Origin: Eledone cirrhosa
Lineage: Eukaryota
Reading direction: 5' to 3'
Length of the DNA stretch: 64,000 bases
Assembly: GCA_964016885.1 (NCBI GenBank)
Contig: OZ024743.1
Location: 108,996,001 to 109,060,000, forward strand
Part shown: one piece after another, positions 1-13,402 of the stretch
How the letters are laid out: each line of letters begins with the position of its first letter
Numbering within the stretch: the stretch's first letter is position 1
Translations under genes and position numbers: made by a program
Notes under the pieces: generated by a model
Database searches by the model: none
What the model saw: only the letters and a program-made list of their open reading frames with translations
What the model was told of the DNA's origin: nothing

Positions 1-585
1 AAAATACTACAGGGAGCCTCACCCCAGAAAGAATTCAATAAACTTCTGACTGAGGAATGCTCTCAGAACTGACCAATGGGAAGTTTGACACTTTTTTGTT
101 ATTTTGTTCCTTTAACACCTTGTCCCTTCTACCATTTTATCAACTTGTTAAGCTAACTCCAACAATAACAACACGTAGAATGAGGAATGTTCTAATGACT
201 GACCAATGAGAGGAGAAGAGGATCATTGACACTGAAATTCGTTTGTTTGAATTCATATGACTCCAGTTCCACAGTGAAATAACAACCCGAAAAGTAACTG
301 GGGATATCAGAGTATTGACCAATGTATTGACAATATTATACACCTCAGCAACATATGTACTTGTCTATACCATACTAATTCAAACTGCCTGAAGAGGTCA
401 TAGCCAAAAATGGCTGTGACTGAAATATATATAGCAGTAATAAAGGAGGCTAAATTTTAATCATGTGACTTTTATTTAACTTTATTTTACACTACTCCTG
501 AGTAACCAAACCAACCTGCGCACTTCGTCGAGTGCTCCATAATGCATACTGAGGTGTTGGGATACAACCAACATAAACTCAAAAT
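1..585 (+). mobile_element. Probable 3' end/pLTR of a Penelope-like element (truncated by window start)
   Basis: Contains an intact HHR at 384-438 and ends at a (TA)n tract. The first 50 nt resemble a GIY-YIG C-terminus (GSLTPE..N), but only weakly. Confidence 0.45.
384..438 (+). ncRNA. Type I hammerhead ribozyme, intact core
   Basis: Stem I ACTGC/GCAGT; CTGAAGA; helix II GTCATAGCCA-aaaa-TGGCTGTGAC; GAAA; palindromic helix III ATATATAT; cleavage triplet ATA. Confidence 0.85.
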
Positions 586-622
586 CTATATATATGTACA
601 TATATATATATATATATATATA

Positions 623-673
<51 letters not shown>

Positions 674-996
674 AATTAATATCTAGTAACATATATATAC
701 ATACAGATGCATATCAATGCTAGCAAATATATAGGTTTTGTCTTAGTAACTTTTGTGGTTCAATGCATGGGGCTGCAGAACAATAATATGAGAGACGTAA
801 AATAAGAAAATTATAAAATTAACTTACTTACTAAAATATTACTTCCAACTAATTATTTTCAGGAATGGAATAAATATATTTTCCGAAGAAAATACAGAGA
901 ATCATTCCGTCGTCTTTGCTATTTTCTATCCACTGAATTATTTTTTAATAAGTTTCCAGAGTCCACGCTTTGCCTGGATACTTAGATGAGAATAGT

Positions 997-1076
997 CTTC
1001 CCAGACGACGGAATGATTCTCCGTATTTTCTTCGGAAAATATATTTATTCCATTCCAGAATCTAATTAGTTGGAAG
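997..1076 (+). ncRNA. Hammerhead ribozyme copy with mutated core
   Basis: Same fold as 1519-1598 but core reads CAGACGA and GAAT. Confidence 0.6.
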
Positions 1077-1518
1077 TGATATTTTAGTAAGTCAGTTAAT
1101 TTTATAATTTTCTTATTTGACGTCTCTCATATTATTGTTCTGCAACCACATGCATTGAACCACAAAGTTACTAAGACAAAACCTATATATTTGCTAGCAT
1201 TGATATGCATCTGTATGTATATATATGTTACTAGATATTAATTCTTTATAATTATCTCCAAATTATTTGTCGAGCAATATTGGCCATGACTGCTGCTATG
1301 GTAGCAGGCAGGCCGCTGTCTTATTAGCAAACCACTTTCCACTGATTAACCTCGATGTCACGTGATTGATTCTTTTTGAATTTGCCACCGACGCAGAGGC
1401 AGTGATTTTCTCAATGGCTAGGAATTCAGTCCACGCTTTGCTATTTTCTATCCACTGAATTATTTTTTAATAAGTTTCCAGAGTCCACGCTTTGCCTGGA
1501 TACTTAGATGAGAATAGT

Positions 1519-1598
1519 CTTCCCTGACGACGGAATGATTCTCCGTATATTCTTCGGAAAATATATTTATTCCATTCCAGAAACTAATTAGTTGGAAG
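1519..1598 (+). ncRNA. Type I hammerhead ribozyme with enlarged helix II
   Basis: CTTCC-CTGACGA-C-GGAATG[~35 nt with nested hairpin]CATTCC-A-GAAA-CTAATTAG-TT-GGAAG. Stem I is CTTCC/GGAAG and helix III is the palindrome ACTAATTAGT. Confidence 0.8.
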
Positions 1599-1644
1599 TG
1601 ATATTTTAGTAAGTAAGTTAATTTTATAATTTTCTTATTTTACG

Positions 1645-1801
<157 letters not shown>

Positions 1802-2311
1802 AAAATAACAGATTAAAGTTTAAGAAAAAGAATCGCAGCTTTCACCCTTAACGGGATCATCTGAAACTAAATAAATCGATCTGTGAACGCAGAAGTAAGT
1901 ATTACTATTATTATTATTATTATTTTTATTATTATTATTGGCAACCTCTTTAGTAAATCGTATCATCGTGAGCTCCACAACTGTTTGTTATTTTCAGTTA
2001 TTTAAAATTGCCATGTATGGAAAACTTTTATTGTTAACTATATATAAGTGCACATACATTGATTTCTGAAAAGGACACTCAAAAATATTGGGGCCTTAAG
2101 CCCAAAATTAAAATTTTTATAATTATCAAACAATAAATGTTTTCTTTGAAAAATAATGGATGACTCAGATTCACTCCTTCCTCACAATCCAATACCTCAC
2201 ACCGACACCACCATTATAAATATTGCTACGGTTGCCAACACTGGAATTGCAAGCAGTAGCAATATTTTAAATTTGTCTCAGGAAGACGTTCATTTCCGCC
2301 ATTACCAATGA

Positions 2312-4101
2312 ATGCAGGTGTTAAAGCCGCCACCACTACACCACCGCCACCGCGACAACCCCCCCCCCCCCCACCACCACCACAGCGACAACAGCAACAA
2401 AAGAAAAAATAAATTAACTCATGATATCGAAATGAATTCAACCAAAATGAACTCTTCCATACCGAACACCACTGACGCCACCACCAGCATAACTGAAACT
2501 AAAATTAACAATAGCAAAAATAACAATAATAACAACAGCAACAATGAAATTAAGAAAACTATCCTGAGTTTTGCCAGAGTAGCAAAAACGTGCGACGCGA
2601 TCCAGGTAACTCAGGAAGAATTAGACGAAGCCAAAGGAATGGTAAAGAGAGATGGGTACAGGGTCAGCCCCCCCCCCCACACACACACACCTAATAAAAT
2701 GGAGCAACGTCGCCTATGCAGCGTGTCTTATCGAAAATAAACATAAAATCGCGCCGAGTGGCACGGGCATCTGAGTCCCAAATTCAAAAATCTTTGGAAA
2801 ATGTGTGGGCAAAAAAACCCACATCAGATGTGGGCAGAAGTATGGAAGCGTGGACGTGTTCTTGGAAACACCACAGGAGGACAGAGAACACTCAATGGCC
2901 CCATTAACAAGTGACGACTTCACACTCATCCCAAGCTATTGTGGCCAGAGACTTGTGAAGATCAAGGTGACCCACGTTCCACCGGCCATCGAAATTCCCT
3001 GGCTAATGGCTGCCGTCCTCGCCGGCAACGAGGCCAAAACCAAAATAATAGAAATAGCAAAAGAAAAGCAGGAGAACTGGCCCGGATCTGGGATGGAGCT
3101 CCTGATCCAAGCGGGCCATAAAAGCATTGAGGAGATCCCAGAGGTAATAGACCCCACTGACTACAGCCACCTCACCGTAATCGTCGAGGATAGAAGACCT
3201 AGGTGTGTCGATTGTGGTGAAGGAACCCACCTAAGGGGTTTCAGCCCTCAGGCTAAAAGGTTGAGGCCACCTCTCTTACCCACCCCAGTGACTCAACCAT
3301 CAACACCACCAGCAGCAGAAATAGCAGCAACAACAGTAGTAGCAACAACAGAAGCAACTGTAACAGCAACAACCCCAGCAACAGTAACAAAACAAACACC
3401 GCCACCACCCAACGCCCCAGACCTAGCACCAACGCCTACAGCATCCACCACGCCACAACCTAAACCAACTGCCCGGCTTATCGTAACTGTAGACAGATTG
3501 TCGCGACGAGGAGTGGGAAAAGGTATCAGGAAAAAAGAAAAAAAAAGAAACCAAAAAAGAAAAAAAATTCTTCCTTCCCCCTCAAAAAATAAATACAGAG
3601 GAAACAAATAAATTATCGAACAAGAAAGTTAAGACAGATATGCCACCATCCACACCAGCATCACCAACCCCATCACCACAAACACCAACACCATCACCAT
3701 CATTAACCCCAACACCACCATCAACAACACCACAAAAGTCACCAAAAAGCGTAACAGAAACAAACCCACAACAAACGCAAACAAAACAAAATAACCAAAA
3801 CGATACACACTACACAGCATTAAATTTGAACAACAACAAATGATTACACTACATGCAACACAACACCAGCATCACAGAAAAAGACTACACAACAAACCAA
3901 AAGTTCACACCACCCTCACACATACAAATCACTCGCATCACACTGAAAATGTACACGACACTAAAACAAAAATTCCCCAAATACATCGGAGACTTCCAAC
4001 AAACACCCTCCAGGAGGATTTATAAGGACATCCTTCCGGAGGAGGCCACAAGCAATGAAAAGGATGGACAAACCATCCTTCCTCTACGAGATGTAAGGTA
4101 A
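2312..4101 (+). pseudogene. Tx1 copy A ORF1 (gag-like), frameshifted
   Basis: Asn-rich N-terminus, RxGQKYGSVDVFL block, degenerate knuckle CVDCGEGTHLRGFS and Pro/Thr-rich tail, spread over several ORF pieces. Confidence 0.8.
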
Positions 4102-4135
4102 GTGGTCTTTCCCATCTTTTCCACTCCATTTCCAC

Positions 4136-7100
4136 ATGACCTCACTCAGAATAGGCAGCATAAATGCGCGTGGCTTGGGGTCGTCATGGAAGCATGGCCA
4201 CCTGCTCAACGACCTCACTAAACATAGATGTAGTGGCCATCAGCGAGACCAGAATCTCCGAAGCACGGGCCTTCGCACCGATCCTCGGCGGCTACGATGT
4301 GTACGCATCTCCCAGTCGTCCGGGATCCGGGGGAGGAGTTGCTGTGCTTTTTCGGAGAGGTTTGGATTTCGCCATACGGGCCATCTTCCTGGAACCAGAA
4401 GGTAAGTTGGTGGTGCTAGACGTGACCAGCGGAGACGGGCAAGCTTCCAGGCTAGTGGCCATCTATGCCCGAACAGGAGCAGGGCGGCCTGATTTCTTCC
4501 GGCGTCTGGAGAACTTTCTTGGAACGTCCCGCTCTTTAGTGTTAGTGGGCGACTAGAACGGGATCTTAGATGCACGCTGGGACTGTGTGGGATTAGCGGA
4601 TAGGGGAGGAGGGTGCAAGAGCCTCACCAACCTGCTCAGGCGTTTTGAACTGTCTGACAGGTACCGATTGAATTTCCCGTATATGCAATGTGGACTTGGA
4701 CAAATCGCATAGGGTCATCCAGATCATATCTAGATAGAGTATTTTGCAGAGAAATAGATAGGTCTAGCATAGGCTGTCCACAATTCGAGATAGTCAGCTA
4801 CACGGACCACAAATTCGTGATCTGTGTGCTTGACTTAGATAGGCTTCGTAGACGAGGACCCGGCTACTGGAAGCTAAACGCGTCCTTACCAGCGCACAAG
4901 GCCTACAGAGACCGGATTAGCTAACTAGTTAAGCGGGCATTGACGGGGGCCATCGTCAACAACAAGTGGTGGTTTGCTCTGATAAGAGCAATTAGAATAG
5001 AGTGCATTAGTTTTAGTAAGGATTTAGCAATAGAGCAAAATAGAGCAGAGGGAGAATAATTAGAGAATTAGACGAGGCGTTTAGCAAAGGCATCGCGACC
5101 GACGTACTTGCGGCGAAATTGGCCCTTGACCAATTCTTCAATGCAAAGCACGAAGGTTGCGTTGTCAGAGGTAGGGTGCGTGCTCTCAGACACGAGGGAA
5201 CGAAAGCCGTTCAATGGGACCGAGTGGCGGAGGCGCGTCGTGGCAACAAAACCACGATCCGGTCTTTGGTGGACCACGACGGGCGCATGCTACTCGATCC
5301 CGGGCAAATGTGTGAAGCTTTTCAGCGGCACTTCGCTCAGTTGCTCGGGGGCAGCGACCGGGCGGATCGAGGGATGGACTTTAGTGTCTACCTCGATGGA
5401 CTGCCGCGGCTCTCGGCCACTGAGGCGGAGTGTTGCTAAAAGCCGATAACAGCCGCTTAAGTACGGGAGGCAATGACTAGCTGCACAAGGGGTAAATCGC
5501 CTTGTTTGGATGGTCTGCCCTATGAATTTACGTACAGATGCCAGACTTGTTCGGAGGCCTCTTGGCGGACGTCTACTGCAACTGGCAACAGAACGGGAGA
5601 ATTCCCAGCTCCGTGAGCCGAGGAGCTGTGGAGCTGCTGAGAAAGGATCCTAACAAGGGGTATAAAGTAGCTAATTTTAGGCCCATAACTCTGCTAAACA
5701 CAGAGTTCATAATTTTGGCCAAGGTGCTAGCAAAGAGGTTGGCGCTTGTCGTTGGTGGTCTGGTGGGAGAGGCGCAGACATGCGCTATTCCCGACAGATC
5801 CATCCACGACAACCACTACCTCATGCGATACATCGAGGGTAGCTAGGGAACCAGGCACGAGTGGGTCCTTTATCAATTTAGATCAGTCGAAAGCTTTCGA
5901 TAGGGTCGACCATCGTTACCTAGCGGCATTCCTGAGGGCGGCTGGTTTGGGCCCGTCTTCAGAGGCTGGATCGCTGCCATGCACAGCGACATCTGCTCTG
6001 TGGTGAGAGTGAACGGTCAGCTTTCGGAACCGTTCAACATCATGCGCTTGGTCCGCCAAGGATGTCCCCTGTCGTCCCTCTTGTACGTATTGACTCTCGA
6101 GCCATTACTGCACAAACTGGAGACGTTGAGGTGTTCCCGCGCGATCTAGGATGCGGAAGATCCGTGTCAGCATATGCCGACGCTGTCACCGTAGTGGCGT
6201 CGAACGCCAAACACATCGAGGGGATCGGCACTACACTAAAAGAATAAGAAGCGGTGACAGGAGCAATGATCAACCAGGAAAAGTCAGTGGGCCTGCAGCT
6301 CGGCACCTGGAGAGGAAGGTCCATACCGTCCAACAGCGTCGTCGGGCGCTGCACGGACGGACCAGTTAAATTGCTCGGGGTCTGGTTCGGTCCGGATCTC
6401 CAGACTGACAAAAACTGGGACGAGGTGACGAGCAGGGTGGCTTCTCTCACCCAGAAATGGTCCGAGAGTAAGCTATCCCTGAAAAGTCGAGCGGAGGTGG
6501 CTAACGCGTATATCTCGTCCGTCATCTACTACCGTCTGACCGTCGTACCTTGTCCTAAGCCCCGCTTGACTGCGCTGGAGCGTTTGCTCTTTCGCTTTTT
6601 GTGGAAGGGACGCGCTCCGATGGTCAGGCGGTCCATCTGCTGTCAACACCCGCTACGTGGAGGGCTGGGAATGCCGTGGCTGATCATGGGCAGACACGCG
6701 CTCAGGCTACGACATCTCCACCTCTTCCTCGACGGTGATCAGGTGTGGTCTCCGTTTGCTAGACGCGTCTTTCCCCAGCTCGTCTCCTTAACGGAGCTGC
6801 AGTCCTGGGTCAAGCGAAGACCGAGAGGGAACGCTTGGAGACTGGAATGTCTTCAGGCGCTCGTAGCCCTCGACCAATCGGGCAATGTGATCGGTGGAAA
6901 CTCCACCTTGGCGTTCTATAGAGGATTAGTGGAGGGGAAGAGCGACGACGTACTTGGGGAAACCCTAGGCGTCGACGAAAATCAACTAGCCAATCTCTTC
7001 GGAAGAATTTTCGGGCCACGGCCTATGGACAACTTCCAGAAATCCCTGGCCTGGCAGTGCTACCGAGGAACTTTGCCAGTTTGGGATAAACTCTACAGGC

Positions 7101-7539
7101 ATGGAGGTGCCGTCAGCCGGGCATGTCCGAGATGCGCGCAGGGCGACGAAACCGTCCTGCACGCACTCGTCCAGTGTCCGAGCATTGCTGACTTGTGGGT
7201 TTATGTCGAACACCTGCTGTCGCGTGTGGGATGGATCCAGCTATCCGCTGAGTCCAACGTGAGGATTTCCCCGCCCTCTTCCTTTAGCCGGGAAGGGCAG
7301 GCAGTTTTTATCTGTCTAGTGTCCATGGCGAAAGAGATAGTATGGTAGACACGTTTGAAAGGGCTGAAGACGAGCACTTACCTCTTCGGTGATGCCCTGA
7401 TTAACTTTTTCAAATTTCATTTGAAAAGGAAAATCAGGGTAGAAAGGGAAGTGCTCTCTTCCCAGCATTTTGTTGAAAGATGGGTGAGAGAGGCAAGAAT
7501 GGCCGAGTGAATGGGCCTACACTGAGTATGTATCTGTAA
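4136..7539 (+). pseudogene. Tx1 copy A ORF2 (APE endonuclease + reverse transcriptase), many stops/frameshifts
   Basis: Motifs GSINARGL, ISET, SYLDR, YTDH, FRPITLLN, LDQSKAFDRVDH, AYADA and C-terminal CPRC..E..H..C. Confidence 0.92.
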
Positions 7540-8029
7540 ATTAAGGATGGAAAATTGGGAGAGGGCACTTGCCCTGGTGGTCAGGATCACTCTGGCTTTT
7601 TAATGGGCTTTCTCCACGATTGTCCCTCGGAAGTCTCCCCCCTATTGGGGAATTTTTTTCATTGTTCTATTATTCCATCCTCTGTTTCTTGTTTTTTTTT
7701 TAAACGCAGAAATGCCCATTTGTACCGCCCTCTATTGTCCTGTACTGTCCTTAATGTCTACTTTATGTAAACCCTTGTGGTTAATAAAGAAATCATTATT
7801 ATTATTATTATTATTATTGACGAAAGTGGATGTACGTTTTTTGAAGCTCCGTGAGTAAGCAATTTTTTGAGGATTAATTGTAGAGAATTGTTTATTTTTT
7901 TGTACCGCTGAAGCATTATAAGACATTCATTTGTAACCTGTGAAGGAATAACTCATAATATTTGGGCCTTTTGGCCCAAATATTTGAACTTTATTTTGGA
8001 AAAATAATAATTTTTTTTCTCAAAAAAAC

Positions 8030-9945
8030 ATGGCGGAGCCACGCCCCCTAGAGGCGGGTCTGCTGTCGTGCAACGGCGACTTCAGCGTTGAGAGGAGAGG
8101 TGAGGCGAGGAGCGCCACCAGCACGAGTGTGAGCAGCGACAGTGCCAGCACCAACGGGCCGAGCGGCGCGGAAGGTGGTAACAGCGACAACACCAACACC
8201 AACAAGCCGAACAGCGCAGAAGGTGGTAATAGCGAGAGCACCAACAAAACGAACAGCACAGAGAGTAATAGTAGCGACAGCAACAGCGCCAACAAGGCCA
8301 ACAGCACAGAGGGTAACCACGACACAGGGGAGAACAACAACAGCAATAGCAGCAGCAACACCAACAAGAACAACAACAGTGACAACACCAACAAGAACAC
8401 CTTCGCTGCTGTGGCAGCGGCTAAAAGGAGACCATGCTACAGCATCGACTTAACCAACAGAGATGAAAAGTTGGGCCAGGCCTGGAAAATCATAAATCAA
8501 GAGCAGACCTGGGCAAACTTAACTGTCCCGGCAGAAGCCATTGAGGCAGTGGAAAAAAGAACGGTGCATTTCAGATGCATCTCAGTAGAGACAAAGTGGG
8601 CAGCGATAATCGCCCAAGCTGATATAGAAGCCGCACTGAAATACATCAGAGAGGACACAGACTTCATAGAGAGGGGCAGGCAATACGGCACCGTTTCGGT
8701 GCTGTTCAAGTCTGAAGCCTTCGCTGTGAAGCATTCAATGACCCCTTGCAAAACCAGCAAGGTCATAATGTACCCCTCCCACATGGGAAAACGAATAGCA
8801 CGTGTGCGCATTCCCAGGATTCCACCAGGACTTGATATGTGGTGGCTCCTGGGTTGCGTAATCGTGGAAGGAACGGATACAGTCCCGGTAGAGGCAACGA
8901 GAACTGCCAGGGACGACTGGTCCGGGGTTGATCTGGAGATACTGCTCCAAATCAGACCCGAAAACGTAAAAGCAATCCCGGACCACATCCGCCTCCAAAA
9001 CGGGAGGGTGTTGCATATAATGACTGAGGGCAAAAGGCCGCATTGTTTCCTTTGTGGGGAAACGACACACTTGCGAGCCTTCTGCCCTCAACTGGCGAAA
9101 AGCGCAAGGGGTCGAAAGATTCCACTGCTGGCGACGCCGGGACAAGGACCACCAGCAACACCGTCAACAATGGAACCACCAAAATTGCACACCCAGGGGG
9201 GAAACGAGGAATGCTCTCCCATTCCCCCTCCCCCCCCCCAAATACACACACGAACAAGAACATAAACACTCACTCAGACACAAACACGCTCACAGCCACA
9301 GACCCCCCATCCTCCAGCAGTGAAGATGAGGGAAAACCAAAGTCCCCCAAAATACAAAAAACAAAACACAACAAAAAAAGAAATCCACAAAGCACAAACA
9401 TCCCCACAAAAAAAAATACACACACCACCCACACAAACTTTTTCCCCACAGCATCACCAACACAACCACCAAAATCCCCCAAACGCAAACAAGCTAAACA
9501 GACACAAGAACAAATAGACACACAAACATCAGAAACTACAGAAACCCCACCCACAACAAACGCAGACACAATAGAAACAACACTAACAAAGCTATCACCA
9601 CCACAATCACACGAACAAATAAAACCCGAGCAACAAAACATTAAAAACTTCGTGCTTGCCAGAAGGGCCAACAAGGAATTGATAGCCCATGTAGCACGAA
9701 GCACAAACATCGAAAAAGAGGGGGAAACATTTGAAGCGAGCACATTTCGCGTACCAGATTATTTGCTTCTGATGCGAATGTCGCTCGCTTCATACAAAGA
9801 AATTCGAAAGAGCTTTCCTCGGGATGTGGGAACCCCGAACGTAAAACCCACGTCAAGACTATTAAAGGGGTTCCCAAAAGAAACCCCACAAACCATGGAG
9901 GTGGAACCACCCGACCTTCACAAGACCCCGGAACAAGTAAACCTT
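8030..9945 (+). CDS. Tx1 copy B ORF1, nucleic-acid-binding protein with CCHC zinc knuckle (one frameshift at poly-C ~9224-9239)
   Basis: ORF 8030-9265 has CFLCGETTHLRAFC. It continues in the 9043-10209 frame and is collinear with copy C ORF1. Confidence 0.85.
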
Positions 9946-9969
9946 TCCTCTCCCATTCATCCTGCCAGC

Positions 9970-12900
9970 ATGGCCATAAGAGTAGGAAGTTTAAATGTTC
10001 GTGGCCTGGGGTCGCCCTGGAAGCAAGGTCACTTGCTCAACGACCTCAGGTCACTAGGAATGGATGTAATTGCCATCAGCGAAACCAGAATTTCCGACAC
10101 ACGCGCACTGGCGCCGATTTTCGACGATTATCAGATCTTTGCATCTGTTAGTCGGCCGGGAATGGGAGGTGGAGTGGCTGTGCTGTTTAGGAAATGTCTG
10201 GATCTCTAGGTAAGGTCAATCTTCCGGGATCCTGACGGAAAGTTGGTGGTCCTGGACGTGAGCAATAGCGAAGGTGGTGCCTTTAGACTGGTGGCCGTCT
10301 ACGCCCCTACTGGGGCCGGTCGGCCGGACTTCTTTAGGCGCCTGGAAAACTTTCTGCTTACGTCTCGCCCTTTACTGTTAATAGGGGATTGGAATGGCAT
10401 CTTAGAAGCACGCTGGGATTGTGTGCGAGTATCTGATAGGAGCGGGGGGTGCAAAAGCCTCAATTACCTCATCAGCCAGTTTCAACTGTCTGACAGGTAC
10501 CGACTAGATTTCCCTAATGCGCCAGTATGGACCTGGACCAATCGCATAGGGTCATCGAGATCGTACATAGATAGGATTTTCATTAGGAAAAGAGATAGAA
10601 ATAGTGTAGGATGTCCACATTTTAAAACGGTTGCCTATTCAGATCACAAGCTTGTGATCTGTATGGTCGACCTAGATAAGACACGTAGGTTAGGACCTAG
10701 CTACTGGAAGCTAAACATGTCGTTTCCGGCACGTAAAGCTTACAGGGACTGGGTCAACAACTTAGTTAAGCAAAAGCTGACAGGGGGGGGGGGGGGGGGG
10801 GTTGTCAACAACAGGTGGTGGGGGGCTCTCAAAAGAGAGATTAGAGCAACCTCGATAGGATTTAGCAAAGAAGTAGCAATAGAGAAAAATAGAAAGGAGG
10901 AGGGGCTGATAGCTAAGTTAGACGAGGCTATTTGTAGTGGCATTGCAACAGACGTGCTAGCGGCGAGAATGGCACTAGACCATTTCTTCAATGCGAAACA
11001 CGAAGGTTGCATTGTCAGAGCTAAGGCGCGTGCTCTGAGGAACGAGGGAACCAAAGCTGCCCGATGGGCTCGCTTTGCAGAGACGCAGCGTGGAAACAAA
11101 ACCACAATTCGGTCTTTGACGGATCGAGATGGACACGAACTGAGCGATTCCAAGCAGATGTGTGAGGCCTTCCGCCAGCACTTTGCTCGATTGTTCGGGA
11201 GGATGGGTGAGTCGGAGACGGCGGCGGACTTCAGTCCCTACCTCGACGGCTTGCCACGCCTCTCGACGGCCGACGCTGAGCGCTGCGAAGAGCCGATAAC
11301 ATCAGTCGAAATTCAGGACGCCCTTGTCGGCTGCTCGAGTCGCAAGTCACCCGGTTTGGATGGTCTGCCCTACGAGCTTTACGTAAATATGCCAAACTTG
11401 TTCTCCGATCTCCCCGAAGCGCTCTACTGCAACTGGCAGCAGAACGGGAGCATTCCCAGTTCTGTGAGCCGTGGTGTAGTGACGCTGATAAGGAAAGACG
11501 AGAACAAGAGGGACACACTAGATAATTTCAGGCCCATAACCCTGCTCAACACAGAGTTTAAGATTTTGGCCAAGGTGTTAGCGAAAAGGTTGGCGCTTGT
11601 CGTCAAAGATTTGGTTGGGGAGGCGCAAACTTGCGCAATCCCGACCAGGTCCATACACGACAACCTCCACCTCATGCGATACATCATAGAGAGGGTTGGG
11701 TGCAAACCTGGCTTCGGTGGGGCTCTGATCAATTTAGATCAATCGAAAGCATTCGATAGGGTCGACCATCGGTACTTGGAGGCTGTCCTCGAGGCGGCTG
11801 GCTTCGGTCCCGTCTTCAGAAGCTGGATCGCTGCAATGTACAGCGGCATCTGCTCGGTGGTCAAAGTTAATGGCCACCTCTCGGAACCGTTTCAGATCTC
11901 TCGATCGGTCCGTCAAGGGTGCCCTCTCTCCTCACTTCTGTACGTATTGACTCTTGAGCCTCTACTGCGGAAGCTGGAGTTGTTGCAGGGCATCCCGCTC
12001 GAGCCGGGACGCAGAAAGGCTGCGTCCGCTTATGCGGACGACATCACCGTGATGGTGTCGGACACCTCGGAAATCGAGGTGATCCGCACCCATTTGGAGG
12101 AATATGAAAGGTTGACGGGAGCAAAACTTAACCCGGAAAAGTCGGTGGGCTTGCAGCTCGGCACCTGGAGAGGCAAGTCCATGCCGTCCAACAGCGTCGT
12201 TGGGCGCTGGACAGACGGACCGGTAAAGTTGCTCGGGGTTTGGTTCGGACCAGACCTCCAGGTGGATAAGAATTGGGACGAGGTGACGAGCAGGATAGCC
12301 AACCTCACCCAGAAATGGGCTGAGAGAAAGCTATCACTGAAAGGGCGGGCGGAGGTGGCGAACGCGTACATCGCGTCCGTCATCTACTACCGCCTGACCG
12401 TCGTGCCTTGCCCCCGTCCACGCCTCGCCAATTTGGAACGGCTCCTTTTCAAATTTTTGTGGAGGGGACGGGTCCCGTTGGTGAGGCGGTCCATCTGCTG
12501 CCAGCACCCTCTTCGTGGAGGGCTGGGCATGCCGTGGCTAATGATGCGCAGACAAGCGCTGAGGCTGCGACATCTCCAGATATTTTGCCTAAACGGTGAA
12601 CAGGTGTGGTCGCCGTTTGTCAGACGGGCCTTTCCGCAGCTCATCTCTTTGACTGAGCTGCAGTCCTGGGTCAAGAAGAGACCGAGACTGGGCGACTGGC
12701 ATCTGGAATGTTGCCAGGCTCTCACTGCACTCTGCAAGGTGGGCAATGCGGTCAGTGGAACTTCCACTCAAGATTTCTATAGAGGATTAGTGGAGGGCAA
12801 GTACGATGACGTACTAGGAGAGGTTCTAGGCGTCAACGAAGTAGAACTGACCAGTATGTTCCGGAGGACTTTCGAGCCGGGGATGATGGATAACTTACAG

Positions 12901-13402
12901 AAATCCCTCGCTTGGCAGTGCTACTGGGGCGCGCTGCCGGTTCGGGATAAACTCTACAGGCACGGAAGTGCTGTCAGACGAACCTGCCCGAGATGCGCGC
13001 AGAGCGACGAAACCGTTCTGCACGCACTCGTCCAGTGTCCGTGCATTGCTGACTTGTGGGGTTATGTCGAACAGCTATTGTCGCGTGTAGAACGGATCCG
13101 GCTATCGTCCGAGTCCATAGTGAAGATTGACCCGCCGCCTTCTTTTGGTCAGGAAGGGCAGGCAATTTTCCTCTGCCTGGTGGCAGTAGCGAAAGAGGTT
13201 GCATGGTGGACCAGGTTGAAAGGACTGAAGACAGACACTTTTCTCTTCGGCCAATCCCTCATCAACTTCTTCAAGTTTCACTTGGAAAGGAAGGTGAGGG
13301 TGGAGAGAGAAGTGCTGCCCCCCCAGTACATTTACTGAAAGGTGGGTGAATGTGGCGAGAATGGCCCGCGTGAGTGGGCCTACTGTGATCATGCGCCTGT
13401 AG
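9970..13402 (+). CDS. Tx1 copy B ORF2, APE endonuclease-reverse transcriptase (nonsense at 10207-10209, frameshift at poly-C ~13318-13324)
   Basis: Motifs GSLNVRGL, SET, GDWN, SDH, SPGLDG, KAFDRVDH, QGCPLS, YADD and C-terminal CPRC zinc motif. The TAG corresponds to GAG in copy C. Confidence 0.95.

Larger units (their letters stand above)
1940..7794 (+). mobile_element. Tx1-clade non-LTR retrotransposon, copy A (full-length, decayed)
   Basis: Begins right after (ATT)n, has ORF1 and ORF2 relics, and ends AATAAAGAAATC followed by (ATT)8. Confidence 0.9.

Noticed and set aside
1832-1875. Minus-strand HHR-like CAGATGA-tcccgttaagggt-GAAAGCTG
   Set aside because: U4>A, G at the cleavage position and no stem I; at most a dead relic.
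7880-7995. HDV-like or twister ribozyme in the Tx1 5' UTR
   Set aside because: A P4-like hairpin is present, but I could not find the nested pseudoknot or catalytic C by eye; needs a covariance-model search.
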